DNA of 64,000 bases from the NCBI GenBank assembly GCA_963782705.1, contig CAWAKX010000033.1:160196-224195 (forward strand), in the 5' to 3' direction. A model generated the notes under the pieces. That model saw nothing but the letters and a program-made list of their open reading frames with translations, did no database searches and was not told where the DNA came from. This DNA comes from an uncultured Actinomycetes bacterium (GTDB lineage Bacteria > Actinomycetota > Acidimicrobiia > IMCC26256 > DASPTH01). Positions 1 to 9,667 of the stretch are shown here, in pieces; the stretch's first letter is position 1, and each line of letters starts with the position of its first letter. The translations under genes were made by a program, and so were the position numbers.

Positions 1-1140
1 GTGGGGAAGCCCATCGCCCGGTAGATCAGCCCCGAGTAGAAGTCGACGTTCGGGTAGAGCTTCCGGTCGACGAAGTACTCGTCGTTGAGTGCGACCTCTT
101 CGAGGCGCATCGCCAGGTCGAGCTGCGCGTCGAGGATGGGAAGCTCCTCGAGCACCTTGTGGCAGGCGTCCTTGAGGATGCGGGCCCGCGGGTCGTAGTT
201 CTTGTACACCCGGTGACCGAAGCCCGACAGGCGGAACGGGTCGTCGGGGTCCTTGGCCTTCTTGACGAACTTGTCGACGTCGCCGCCGTCGGCCGCGATG
301 CCGTCGAGCATCTCGACCACCGCCTGGTTGGCGCCGCCGTGCAGCGGGCCCCACAGCGCGTTGATGCCCGCGGCGATCGACGCGAAGAGGTTGGCCTCGC
401 TCGAGCCGACGAGGCGCACCGTGGAGGTGGAGCAGTTCTGCTCGTGGTCGGCGTGGAGGATCAGCAGCTGCTTGAGGGTGACCACGGTGTTGTGGCTCAC
501 CTCGTACTTCTCCGACGGCACCGCGAACATCATCGTGAGGAAGTTCTCCACGAGGTCGAGGCTGTTGTCGGGGTAGACGAAGGGCTGGCCGATCGACTTC
601 TTGTAGGAGTAGGCCGCGATCGTGGGCAGCTTGGCCATCAGCCGCAGCATCGACAGGTTGACCTGCTCGGGGTCGTGGGGGTCGTTGCTGTCCTGGTAGA
701 AGGTCGACAGCGCGGACACCACCGACGAGAGGGTGCCCATCGGGTGGGCGTCCTTCGGGAAGGCGTCGAAGAAGCGCTTGGCGTCCTCGTGCAGCAACGT
801 GTGCTTGCGGATGGCGAAGCGGAAGGTGTCGAGCTCCTCCCGGGTGGGGAGGTCGCCCTGGATGAGCAGCCACGCCGTCTCGAGGAACGACGGCGACGGC
901 ACCGACACCAGCTCCTCGATCGGGATGCCCCGATAGCGCAGGATGCCGGCCTCGCCGTCGATGAACGTGATCGACGACTCGCACGACGCGGTGTTCATGA
1001 AGCCGTTGTCGAGGGTGACCAGGCCGGTCTGGCCCCGCAGCTTCGAGATGTCGAGGCCGCGTTCGCCCTCGGTGCCCACGATCACGGGCAGCTCGACCTC
1101 ACGGTCGCCGTCACGGAGAACGGCAGGCGGTTCGCTCATG
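1..1140 (-). CDS. gltA: citrate synthase (C-terminus cut by window edge)
   Basis: Reverse translation of the window start gives the citrate-synthase signature ...LNDEYFVDRKLYPNVDFYSGLIYRAMGFP. The N-terminus MSEPPAVLRDGDREVELPVIVGTEGERGLDISKLRGQTGLVTLDNGFMNTASCESSITFIDGEAGILRYRGIPIEELV starts at the ATG whose complement is 1138-1140. Confidence 0.9.
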
Positions 1141-1240
1141 GATGATCCCTCCTGATTCGCCGCCAAGCTACACCCGCGCCCCTTGCCGGCTTCCGGGCCG
1201 GAGCCGCCCGCGTGCGACCGCGGTGGCCTACCGTGGCGCC

Positions 1241-2329
1241 GTGCCGGTGCGTGAACAGGAGCTTTCGGGCGCGTCCGCCGGTGAGGACCGGGCGCCGGCG
1301 CGTCCGGCGTGGGTCGGCATCGGCGGCGCGTGGCTGGTGAGCCGGGTGCTGTCGGTCGTCACGCTGCTCGTGGCCGTGCAGGATCCGGCACGCGGCTCAC
1401 GCTTCGACCAGATCGCGACCAGGTGGGACGGCGCCTTCTACCTCGAGATCGCCCGCTCGGGCTACGGGCCGGTCGACGTGCCCTTCCCGCGCTGGCCGTT
1501 CTTCCCCGGCCTGCCCGCGTTGGTACGCGTCCTCGGCGACCTCGGCAACGAGCGGGTGCTGATCTTCGTGGTGAACCAGCTCGTGTTCCTCGCCGCCCTC
1601 GTGGGGCTCTACCAACTCGCCCGTCGCCACGGCGGGCCCCGGGTGGCGATGCTCGCGGTGTGGGCGCTGGCGCTGTTCCCGGCGTCGTTCGTGTTCTCGA
1701 TGACCTACCCGTCGGCGATCTTCCTCGCCGCGTCGGTGTGGGGATTCCTGCTCGTCGAGCGCCGCACGGTCGGCGGCGACCTCGGCGCGGGCCTGCTCGC
1801 GGCGGTGGCGGCCTCGGTGCGGCCCAACGGCCTGGTGATCGCGGCGGCGCTGGTGATCGCGGTGTGGTGGTCGTGGCGGCGGGTGCTGTGCGTCGCCGGC
1901 CCGGCGATCGTGCTCGTCGCCGCGTGGTGCTGGTACTGCTACGACCGCACCGGCGACGCGTTGGTGTTCCTCACCACCAAGTCGCGCTGGCAGGAGATCA
2001 CGTTCGTCGGGCTCTTCGAGGGTCACGTGAAGTGGTCGATCCTGCCGCACGTGCTGCTCGCGGCCGCCGCGATCGCGGTGGTGGTCGTGCAGTGGCGGCG
2101 CCTGCCGGTGTCGTGGCTGGTGCTGGTGGGCATCTCGCTCATCCCGTCGCTCCAGCTCGGCATGGTGGGGGTGGGGCGCTACGCCAACGAGTGCTTCCCG
2201 CCGTTCGTGGCCGCCGGGCAGGTGCTCGAACGCTGGCGGACGCGCAACCTGGTCGCGGTGTACTGCCTCTCCGCGCTCGGCCTCGTGGCCTTCGCCTTCG
2301 TGAGCGGCCGCTACGAGCTCGTGCCCTGA
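1241..2329 (+). CDS. polytopic membrane protein, GT-C-like mannosyltransferase/DUF2029 family
   Basis: ORF 1142-2329. It has many TM helices and a WDGAFYLEIARSGY motif typical of PIG-V/GT87-like membrane mannosyltransferases. The start is uncertain; it is probably the GTG near 1241. Confidence 0.55.
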   Translation: MPVREQELSGASAGEDRAPARPAWVGIGGAWLVSRVLSVVTLLVAVQDPARGSRFDQIATRWDGAFYLEIARSGYGPVDVPFPRWPFFPGLPALVRVLGDLGNERVLIFVVNQLVFLAALVGLYQLARRHGGPRVAMLAVWALALFPASFVFSMTYPSAIFLAASVWGFLLVERRTVGGDLGAGLLAAVAASVRPNGLVIAAALVIAVWWSWRRVLCVAGPAIVLVAAWCWYCYDRTGDALVFLTTKSRWQEITFVGLFEGHVKWSILPHVLLAAAAIAVVVVQWRRLPVSWLVLVGISLIPSLQLGMVGVGRYANECFPPFVAAGQVLERWRTRNLVAVYCLSALGLVAFAFVSGRYELVP

Positions 2330-2405
2330 GCCCGGCCCGGGATCAGCGGCGTTTCGGCGCCGCCGGGTTCGGGCAGGCGCGAGGTGTGCCCGGTAGGCTG
2401 GAACG

Positions 2406-3540
2406 GTGACGTCGACGATTCCGCCCTCCGCCTCGCCCGGCGCGCCCGCCGGCGACGCGGCCTCCGACGACCGCCCCGGGGACCCGTCGCTCGCCGACGT
2501 GATCCGCATCGTCCCGGAGCGCTGCTACCGCAACCCCACCGCCAAGGGCCTGCTCTACGTGGTGCGCGACTTCGCCATCTACGGCGCTGATCGTGTTCGG
2601 GCTGCTCGCCACCAACACGTGGTGGCTGCTGCTCCCGCTGTGGGCCCTCGCCGGCCTCTCGGTCGCCGGGCTCTTCGTGCTCGGCCACGACGCCGCCCAC
2701 GGCTCGCTCTTCGCCTCGAAGCGCCTCAACCGCTGGGTGGCGCGAGTCGCGTTCCTGCCCGCCGCGCACGTGCGCGAAGCATGGGACCTCGGCCACAACC
2801 GCATCCATCACGGTCACACCGTGCAGCAGGGCATGGACTTCGTGTGGCACCCCGTCACCGTCGAGGAGTACCAGGCGATGTCGCGCTTCGCGCGGCTGCG
2901 CCACCGGGTCGAGTGGTCGTGGTTCGGCGCCGGCCTCTACTACGGCCGTCAGGTGTGGTGGCACAAGATCATGCGCTTCACCCCGCCGCGGAAGTGGGCC
3001 GAGCGCATCCGTCGTGACCGCGTGCAGGTGATCGCCGCGCTGGTGCTCGTGGGCGCAGGGCTCGCGGCGCTCGGCTGGGTGCAGCACGGCGGCGTGCTCG
3101 GCGCGCTGTGGACCTTCGTGAAGGTCGCGCTGATCCCGTGGGCGCTGTTCACCTGGCTCATCGGCTTCACCGTGTACGTGCACCACATCGACGAGGACAT
3201 CCGCTGGTACCCGCGTCGGGTGTGGAGCCGGTTCAAGGGCCAGATGGAGGGCACCACCAACCTGCGCTCGCCGCGGTTCATGACGGTGTTCTTCCACAAC
3301 ATCTTCGTGCACGTCCCTCACCACGTCGACATGCGCATCCCGTTCTACGAGCTGCCGCGTGCGGCGCGGGCGATCCGCGACGCGTACCCGGACACGGTGC
3401 ACGAGCGCCGGTTCTCGCTGCGCCGCTACCTGCGCACCACCCGCACCTGCAAGCTCTACGACTTCGAGCGCGGGGTGTGGCTGCCGCTCTCGAGCGCCAA
3501 GGTGCGCCCCGAGACGCCGTCGGTGGCCCAGGCCGCGTAG
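2406..3540 (+). CDS. membrane fatty-acid desaturase (DesA3-like), one frameshift
   Basis: The N-terminal LADVIRIVPERCYRNPTAKGLLYVVRDFAIYGA (frame of 2406) continues as LIVFGLLATNTWW...GHDAAHGS...HNRIHHGH...HVPHH (frame of 2593), giving the three His boxes. A 1-bp deletion is apparent at about 2585. Confidence 0.8.
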
Positions 3541-3723
3541 CGGTCGGCGGCGCGTAGCCGCTGCCGGGTGCACCAGGTGCGCACCCGGATCGGCTGGTCA
3601 AAGGTGGTTCTCAGGCACTTCCCGGCACGATGGGGCTCCCCCCGTCGGTCGACCGAGGAGTTTCCGTGAACGACCAGCAGCCCGGGATCCCCACGCCCGA
3701 GCCCACACCTCCCACCCCTCCGG

Positions 3724-4111
3724 TTGCCCGCGTCCGGCCCGCCGGCCGCCGCGGCGCCGACGCCCGAGCGAGCCGGGTTCGTCATCCCCAAGTGGGTCGC
3801 GGCGGTGGTCGCCGCGGTCGTGGTCGGAGTCGGTGGCTACGCCATCGGCAGCGCCACCGCCGACGACGGCTCCAACGGTCGGCCCGCCGGCTTCTCGCAG
3901 GGCCAGGGTCCCGGCGGCATGGGCCAGTCCGGCGGCTTCGGCCAGCAGGGCAGTCGGCCAGAGCGGTCAGGGTACGAGCGGCGGTTTCGGACCGCAGGGC
4001 CAGGGTGGCCAGTCGAGCCAGGGCGGCCAGAGCGGCGGCTTCGGCCAGCAGGGCCAGGCCGGCGGTGGCATGAGCCAGAACGGCCCGATGACCCGCAGCG
4101 GCGGCAGCTGA
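3724..4111 (+). CDS. small Pro/Gly-rich membrane-anchored repeat protein (GGFGQQGQ repeats), frameshifted
   Basis: It has a TTG start and a TM helix VAAVVAAVVVGVGGYAIG followed by repeats GFSQGQGPGGMGQSGGFGQQG. The frame switches at about 3950 to ...GGFGPQGQGGQSSQGGQSGGFGQQGQAGGGMSQNGPMTRSGGS*, ending at 4111. Confidence 0.35.
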
Positions 4112-4394
4112 GCCACGTCCCAGCACCATCGTACCGGCGCACGTGACCGTGCTGCCGGTCGCCGGACTCGGCAGACGTGCGCACGGCCGAGCGTCCGGTG
4201 CATTCCGATCCGACGGCGGAGCTCGGACGCAGTCGGTCTCCGGCCGAGTCGATCAGCCGACCCGAGGCCGCCGACGTCGGACCGCGACACATGCCGGGCC
4301 GCGTCTGCTGATCCCGCTCCGGACGGGCAGATGCGGTACGGAGCGGGCAGTTAGTCGTCTGGCGATCGACCGAGGACCTGAGGAGAGGTCGCTC

Positions 4395-5183
4395 GTGGCC
4401 GGGAAGCTCGAAGGGTCGGTGGCCATCGTCAGCGGGGCGGGATCGGTCGGCGCCGGGTTCGGCATCGGCAAGGCGACCTCGGTGCTGCTCGCACGCGAGG
4501 GCGCGAGCGTCGTGCTCGTCGACATCTCCGAGGAGCGCGCCGCCGACACCCTCGCGGTGATCGAGAGCGAAGGCGGCACCGCGGCGATCGTGGTCGCCGA
4601 CCTCGAGCAGACCGGCAGCCCGAGGACGATCGTCGACGAGGCGATCCGCGCCTTCGGCGGTGTCGACATCCTCGTGAACAACGCCGCGCACACCGGTGGC
4701 GTCGGCATCCTCGACACGTCCGACGAGCTGCTGCAGACGATGTACGCGATCAACATCGCGGCGCCGTTCATGCTCTCCAAGGCCGCCATCCCCTCGATGA
4801 TCGAGCGGGGTGGCGGATCGATCGTGAACATCACGTCGATCATGGCGATCCGCGGCCAGGGCAGTTCCGCCGCGGCGTACGCGACGACCAAGGCCGCGCT
4901 CCTGGGTCTGACCGTCGACCTCGCCGACGCCTACGGCCGCGACGGGATCCGCGTGAACACCGTCGTCCCGGGGATGGTGGGCACGCCCCTGCTCGCCGGG
5001 CTCCTCGAGAGCAAGGGGCTCGACCCGCGAGCCCTCGACCTCGCCAACCGCACCGCCCTCGGCGTGACCGGCGAGGCCTGGGACATCGCCAGCGCGGTGG
5101 CGTTCCTCGCCGGCCCCGACGCGAAGTACGTCACGAACGTGGTGCTGCCCGTCGACGGTGGTGCGTCGATGCGCACGCGCTGA
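4395..5183 (+). CDS. SDR family oxidoreductase
   Basis: The GTG start is preceded by GAGGAGAGG. It carries the motifs VAIVSGAGSVGAGFGIG (Rossmann), NNAA, and YATTKAAL (YxxxK). Confidence 0.85.
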   Translation: MAGKLEGSVAIVSGAGSVGAGFGIGKATSVLLAREGASVVLVDISEERAADTLAVIESEGGTAAIVVADLEQTGSPRTIVDEAIRAFGGVDILVNNAAHTGGVGILDTSDELLQTMYAINIAAPFMLSKAAIPSMIERGGGSIVNITSIMAIRGQGSSAAAYATTKAALLGLTVDLADAYGRDGIRVNTVVPGMVGTPLLAGLLESKGLDPRALDLANRTALGVTGEAWDIASAVAFLAGPDAKYVTNVVLPVDGGASMRTR

Positions 5184-6909
5184 CGGTCGCGTCCTCCGAC
5201 AGCAGTCGCGTCAATTCGAGTCGGGCCGTCTCCGGCGCGCGGGTCTGGTCGAAGAGACGCCCGCCGGTCGGGTACTCGTGGGAGGGGTGGCCCACGCGGT
5301 CGTGGTTCGATCGCAACGTGGTGATGCGCACCGGTCGACCGACGTGGCGCTGCACGTCCGCCTCGTCGACCCGGTACAGCTTCAGGTGCGGACCGCCTTC
5401 GGGGTTCGACGGTCGCTCGTCGGCGAGCAGGTGCCCGTGCCAGCGGAGGAACTGGTAGAAGGCGAAGTGGTCGGCCCACCGCTTCGGGTGCAGGCGGTAC
5501 TGGAGCGCGACGTACACGTTCACCACGAAGTAGTGGTACCCGTGCGCGACGTAGTCGGCGACGCTGCCGTTCGTGGGCAGGTCGAACGCGTGGTACGTCC
5601 GGTATCCGCGGTCACCCAGGCTCGGTCCCTTGACCTCGACCGCGACCCGGGCGCCGGCGGGCACCTCGCGGATCACGTCGGATCGCATTGCGTTCCTGGT
5701 GGTCGGTGACGTCACGTCGAACGTCCTGACCGCGCTGGTGACGGCCGGCACCGCGAGGATCGCGAGTACGCCGATCACCGCCGTGATGCCGAAGGTGCGG
5801 GAGGACTGCTCCGTCGTGCGGCGGGCGGCGAGCGCCGCGGCGAAGGCCAGCACGGCATCGACCGCGAAGAGCGCGAGCGAACGGCAGCACCGGGATCACC
5901 CACCGCTGCCAGTGCAGCTGGGCGGGGAGCAGCGCCGCGAGGAACGTCCCGACGAACGCCGCCGCCAACAACGCGAGGCGGTTGCGGCGTACGACGGCGA
6001 GCACGATCCCGGACAGGGCGAGCAGGAAGCCCGGCCACGCGACGCTGTCGGGCAACGCGTGGAACAGGTAGAACGCGAAGTTGTCGAGCGGGCCCCGACT
6101 GACGTCGGCGAAGTGGCCGCTCTGTTCCGCGGTGAGCGAACGCACCGCCACGTCGGCGTCGATGAAGAGGTACGGCGTGGTGAGGGCGAACGCGGCGAAC
6201 GCAGCCGAAGCGCCGGCCACGAGCGGCAACCAGCCGACGCCACCCACGGACGACTTGGAGTTCGCGCGCCAACCACCACGCGCCGACCAGCACCACGAGC
6301 AGCGTGATCATGAGGTACCGCGTGCTCACCGCGAGCCCGATCGCTGCGCCGGCGAGCGCGAACCGTCGCCACGACGGCGCGTCGATCGCGCGCAGACACG
6401 CGAGGAAGGCCAGCAGACCGAAGCAGGTCGCGGCGGAGTCGCTGCGGACCAGGCGCCCGTAGTCGAGCACGAGCGGCAGCATCGTCCAGGTACCTGCCGC
6501 GACGAGACCGACGAGGGGCGACATGATCCGCCGGCCGACGAGGTACACCAAGGGGATGGTGAGCAGCGTGCACGCGATCGTCCACAACCGGCCGATCACG
6601 TAGAAGCTCGACGGGTCTTCCACGTAGCGGCGCGCCACCGACGGCGCGGCGCCCGCGATCGGCGCGCCGTGGAACACGACCTCCCGCGCCCGGTACACCA
6701 GGGCGAGCGGCGTGATCACCGTCGACGCCGGGTGGCCGAACCAGTGCGGGTCGAGACTCCCGTGGGCGGCCATGTGGACCGCCGGGAGCACGAAGAACGG
6801 TTCGTCGGGTTCGGGCGACGGAAGGTCGCGAGTGAGTCCCGCGAGGAGGAACACCGCGGCGAGCACGACGAGCGCCGCCAGCGTGCCGACGGTGGCGCGA
6901 CGTCCCGGC
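5131..6909 (-). CDS. GT-C fold membrane glycosyltransferase (PMT_2/ArnT-like), at least 2 frameshifts
   Basis: TM-rich segments ...LLAFLACLRAIDAPSWRRFALAGAAIGLAVSTRYLMITLLVVLVGAWW... (frame of 7652), ...FALTTPYLFIDADVAVRSLTAEQSGHFADVSRGPLDNFAFYLFHALPDSVAWPGFLLALSGIVLAVV... (frame of 6247), and ...YHAFDLPTNGSVADYVAHGYHYFVVNVYVALQYRLHPKRWADHFAFYQFL (frame of 5853). The TTG start overlaps the stop of the MBL gene (ATGGGTTGA). The C-terminal end is uncertain. Confidence 0.5.
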
Positions 6910-6916
6910 GCCGCGC

Positions 6917-7652
6917 TCAACCCATGAACGCGCGCCACTGATCGATCCCGGAGATGCGGAACACGAAGTTCCGTTCGCGGGTCTCGCCCATGGTGGCGGA
7001 CGGGTCGGCCGAGTAGAGGTGGCCGGGGAAGAGGATCGTGTCGTCGGGCACGGTCGCGAGCCGCTGCGTGAGGCTGAAGTACATCTCGTCGGGGTCCGAC
7101 CCGGGGAGGTCGGTGCGCCCGCAGCCCTCGAGGAACAGGGTGTCGCCCGCCACCAGGCGGTGCTCCACGTGGAAGCACTGGCTGCCCGGCGTGTGGCCCG
7201 GCGTGTGCATGAGCGTGATCGGGATGTCGCCCGCGTGCACCACGTCGCCGCTCTCGTGCAGCACGAGGTCGCTGTCGGAGAGGCCGGTGCCGCGCTTCAC
7301 CCACCGCGCTTCGGGCGCCTGCACGTGCACCTTGGCGTCGACGTCGTCGCGTGCGAGGAGCTCCCGCACGCCCTGGATCGGATGACCCATGAGGTCGCCG
7401 CCGCAGTGGTCGGCGTGGAAGTGCGTGGCGAGCACGCCGCTCGAGGCGCATCCCGTCGTCGTCGAGGATCTCGACCAGCTCGTCGACGCCGTACGCGGGG
7501 TCGACCGCGATGGCCTCGCCCTTCTCGCGGTCGCCGATGAGGTACACGAAGTTCACCATCTGGCGCGCGATCGGGTCGTGACGCGCGAAGTCGCGTCCGG
7601 CGAGGAGCTGGCGGAAGTAGAAGCGGCCGGCGTCGCCGGGAGCGGTGGCCAT
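6917..7652 (-). CDS. MBL-fold metallo-hydrolase (hydroxyacylglutathione hydrolase-like), one frameshift
   Basis: The N-terminus MATAPGDAGRFYFRQLLAGRDFARHDPIARQMVNFVYLIGDREKGEAIAVDPAYGVDELVEILDDDGMRL shifts at about 7438 to LATHFHADHCGG...HTPGHTPGS... Confidence 0.8.
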
Positions 7653-7663
7653 CGTGCCCGCGC

Positions 7664-8443
7664 TCAGGTGATCTCGACGGGCGTGCCGAGCGGCAGCTGC
7701 TTCGACAGCATCGTGATCGCGGCGTTGTCCATGCGCACGCAGCCGTGCGTCACGTCGGAGCCGAGCACCGACGCGTCGTTGTTGCCGTGGATGCCGATCT
7801 CGGCGTCGCCGCCCGCGAAGGTCTCGAGCACGTCGGAGTGGCTCGACAGGCCGTAGGCGTAGGGCCCGTAGACGGTCGTCGGGTCGATCGCCTGCACCAG
7901 CACCCGCAGGTAGTACTCGCCCTTCGGCGTGGGGGTCTCGGGCGCGCCCACCGCGACGGTGCCGGTGTAGATGAGGTCGTTGCCGCGGCTCACGGTGATC
8001 TTGTGGTCACCGAGCGACACCTCGATGTGATACGGGTTCGGCGACACGGTCACGTCGCTGCCCTTCACCCAGCCCTTCGAGCCGTTCGGGCGCACGGGCA
8101 GCAGCACCTGGACCCAGCCGTCCTTGCGCTGCTGGGTGACGAGGAACACCTGCGGCACGAGCGCCTCGGGGTAGTCGGGGTCGACCTGCCACGGGTTGTC
8201 GAGCACCCGCGCCGGGTCGGAGTCCGTCGGCGCGTCGTAGACCGCCACCTTGGGCACCGTGGTCTTCACCGTGGCCGTGTAGCTGGTGTGCGGCGCGATG
8301 GTGGTGGAGGGCGTCCCCGGACGGGAGATGGTGACGCCGGTCTTGTCGGTGACCGTCGACCCGCCGCCACCCCCGCATGCCGCGGCCGCGATCGGGAAGG
8401 TGAGCGCGAGCGCGACGAACAGGGCGCGGCGCAAGCGATTCAT
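7664..8443 (-). CDS. L,D-transpeptidase (YkuD domain), lipoprotein
   Basis: The signal/lipobox is MNRLRRALFVALALTFPIAAAACGGGG and the catalytic motif is HGCVRMDNAAI. Confidence 0.85.
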   Translation of the reverse strand: MNRLRRALFVALALTFPIAAAACGGGGGSTVTDKTGVTISRPGTPSTTIAPHTSYTATVKTTVPKVAVYDAPTDSDPARVLDNPWQVDPDYPEALVPQVFLVTQQRKDGWVQVLLPVRPNGSKGWVKGSDVTVSPNPYHIEVSLGDHKITVSRGNDLIYTGTVAVGAPETPTPKGEYYLRVLVQAIDPTTVYGPYAYGLSSHSDVLETFAGGDAEIGIHGNNDASVLGSDVTHGCVRMDNAAITMLSKQLPLGTPVEIT

Positions 8444-8485
8444 GGGGGCAGCGTAGTGGTCGGTTTCGCCCGCTACGGTTCGCCC

Positions 8486-9124
8486 GTGGCCCGGAAGCCG
8501 GTGGTGCCGAAGGCGATGAGGGAGGCGAGTGAGGAGCTGGCCCGACACGTGCCCGCGCTGGTGCCGGTGATCGACGCGGTGGGCCCGCCCGACCTCGTCC
8601 GCCGCCCGCGGCGGTCGCACTTCGCCGAGCTCGCCCGCATGATCTGCTACCAGCAGCTCGCCGGACGCGCCGCGGCCGCGATCCACGGACGCTTCGAGGC
8701 GCTCTTCGACGGGGAGCCCACGCCGGCGGCGGTGCTCGCCGCGCCGATCGACGCGCTGCGCGGCGCGGGGCTGTCGGCCAACAAGGCCGCGTCGATCCTC
8801 GACCTCGCCGCCAAGGTCGAGGCGGGAGAGGTGGAGCTCGACCGCGTGGCGCGCCTCGGCGACGACGAGCTCGTCGCCGAGCTGGTGACGGTGCGGGGGA
8901 TCGGGCGCTGGACCGCGGAGATGTTCCTCATGTTCCAGCTCGGTCGCCTCGACGTGTGGCCGGTCGACGACCTCGGCGTGCGCAACGGCTACGCCAAATT
9001 GTTCCGGTTGGAGCAACCGCCGACGCCGAGGGAGTTGCAGCCGCTCGGCGAGCCGCTGCGGCCCTACCGCTCGGTGGCGGCCTGGTACTGCTGGCGCGTC
9101 CTCGACATCGTCACGCCGGGCTGA
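8486..9124 (+). CDS. DNA-3-methyladenine glycosylase II family (HhH-GPD, AlkA-like)
   Basis: AELARMICYQQLAGRAAAAIHGRF...VRGIGRWTAEMFLMFQLGRLDVWPVDDLGV contains the HhH-GPD motif. The start is GTG 8486 or ATG 8516. Confidence 0.75.
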   Translation: MARKPVVPKAMREASEELARHVPALVPVIDAVGPPDLVRRPRRSHFAELARMICYQQLAGRAAAAIHGRFEALFDGEPTPAAVLAAPIDALRGAGLSANKAASILDLAAKVEAGEVELDRVARLGDDELVAELVTVRGIGRWTAEMFLMFQLGRLDVWPVDDLGVRNGYAKLFRLEQPPTPRELQPLGEPLRPYRSVAAWYCWRVLDIVTPG

Positions 9125-9127
9125 GCC

Positions 9128-9640
9128 TCAGGGACTCGGCGGGCGCCCCTCGGCCCAACGACGCCGCATCTCGGCTTCGTGCGCGGCGAGGGGCGGGAGC
9201 CCGAGGCGGGCCCGGCGGGCGTCGACCTGCACCGGGTCGTCGAGGTGCCACACCACGAGTTCGCCGTCGTCGCCCAGCACGAACTGCGACCCGTAGCGCT
9301 GCGGCCGGCCGTCGTTCATCCGCACCCGGTCCTCGAGGAACGCGCGGTGCACGGGATCGGCGTCGCCGAGGTCGACCGCGCCATCGAGGAGCTCGAGACA
9401 CCGGCGCTGGAGGCCCACGTCGTCGATGGCGCGCTGCGCGACCAGCCACGCGGCCTCGGCGCCGTCGTCGCCGACCAGCGCGCGGCCGGGCCAGCACTCG
9501 TGGTCGTCGAGGATGTCCCAGAGACGGTCGCGCGCGGCCGGGGTGTCGGGCGCGGCCGCGAGCGCGAGGAGCTCGTCGTGCAGCTCCACGTCGTACGCGG
9601 GCTGCCGTGCACCGGAACGGAATTGCCGCCGGGACGCCAC
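9128..9640 (-). CDS. hypothetical protein
   Basis: ORF with a GTG start, VASRRQFRSGARQPAYDVELHDELLALAAAPDTPAARDRLWDILDDHECWPGRALVGDD...MRRRWAEGRPPSP. Its composition looks coding rather than Arg-rich junk, and it is divergent from the ABC-F gene. No family recognised. Confidence 0.4.
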   Translation of the reverse strand: MASRRQFRSGARQPAYDVELHDELLALAAAPDTPAARDRLWDILDDHECWPGRALVGDDGAEAAWLVAQRAIDDVGLQRRCLELLDGAVDLGDADPVHRAFLEDRVRMNDGRPQRYGSQFVLGDDGELVVWHLDDPVQVDARRARLGLPPLAAHEAEMRRRWAEGRPPSP

Positions 9641-9667
9641 GCTCACCCAGGGTACGCTCGACCGCTC

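Noticed and set aside
159-1145. 328-aa plus-strand ORF overlapping the citrate synthase region
   Set aside because: Its translation is Arg/Val/Leu/Ala-rich with no motifs. It is the antisense frame of the clearly recognisable citrate synthase on the minus strand.
1309-3601. Multiple overlapping 350-420-aa ORFs (1309-2409 +, 1397-2509 -, 2311-3573 -)
   Set aside because: They are alternate or antisense frames of the GT-C membrane protein and desaturase genes, with Arg-rich junk translations.
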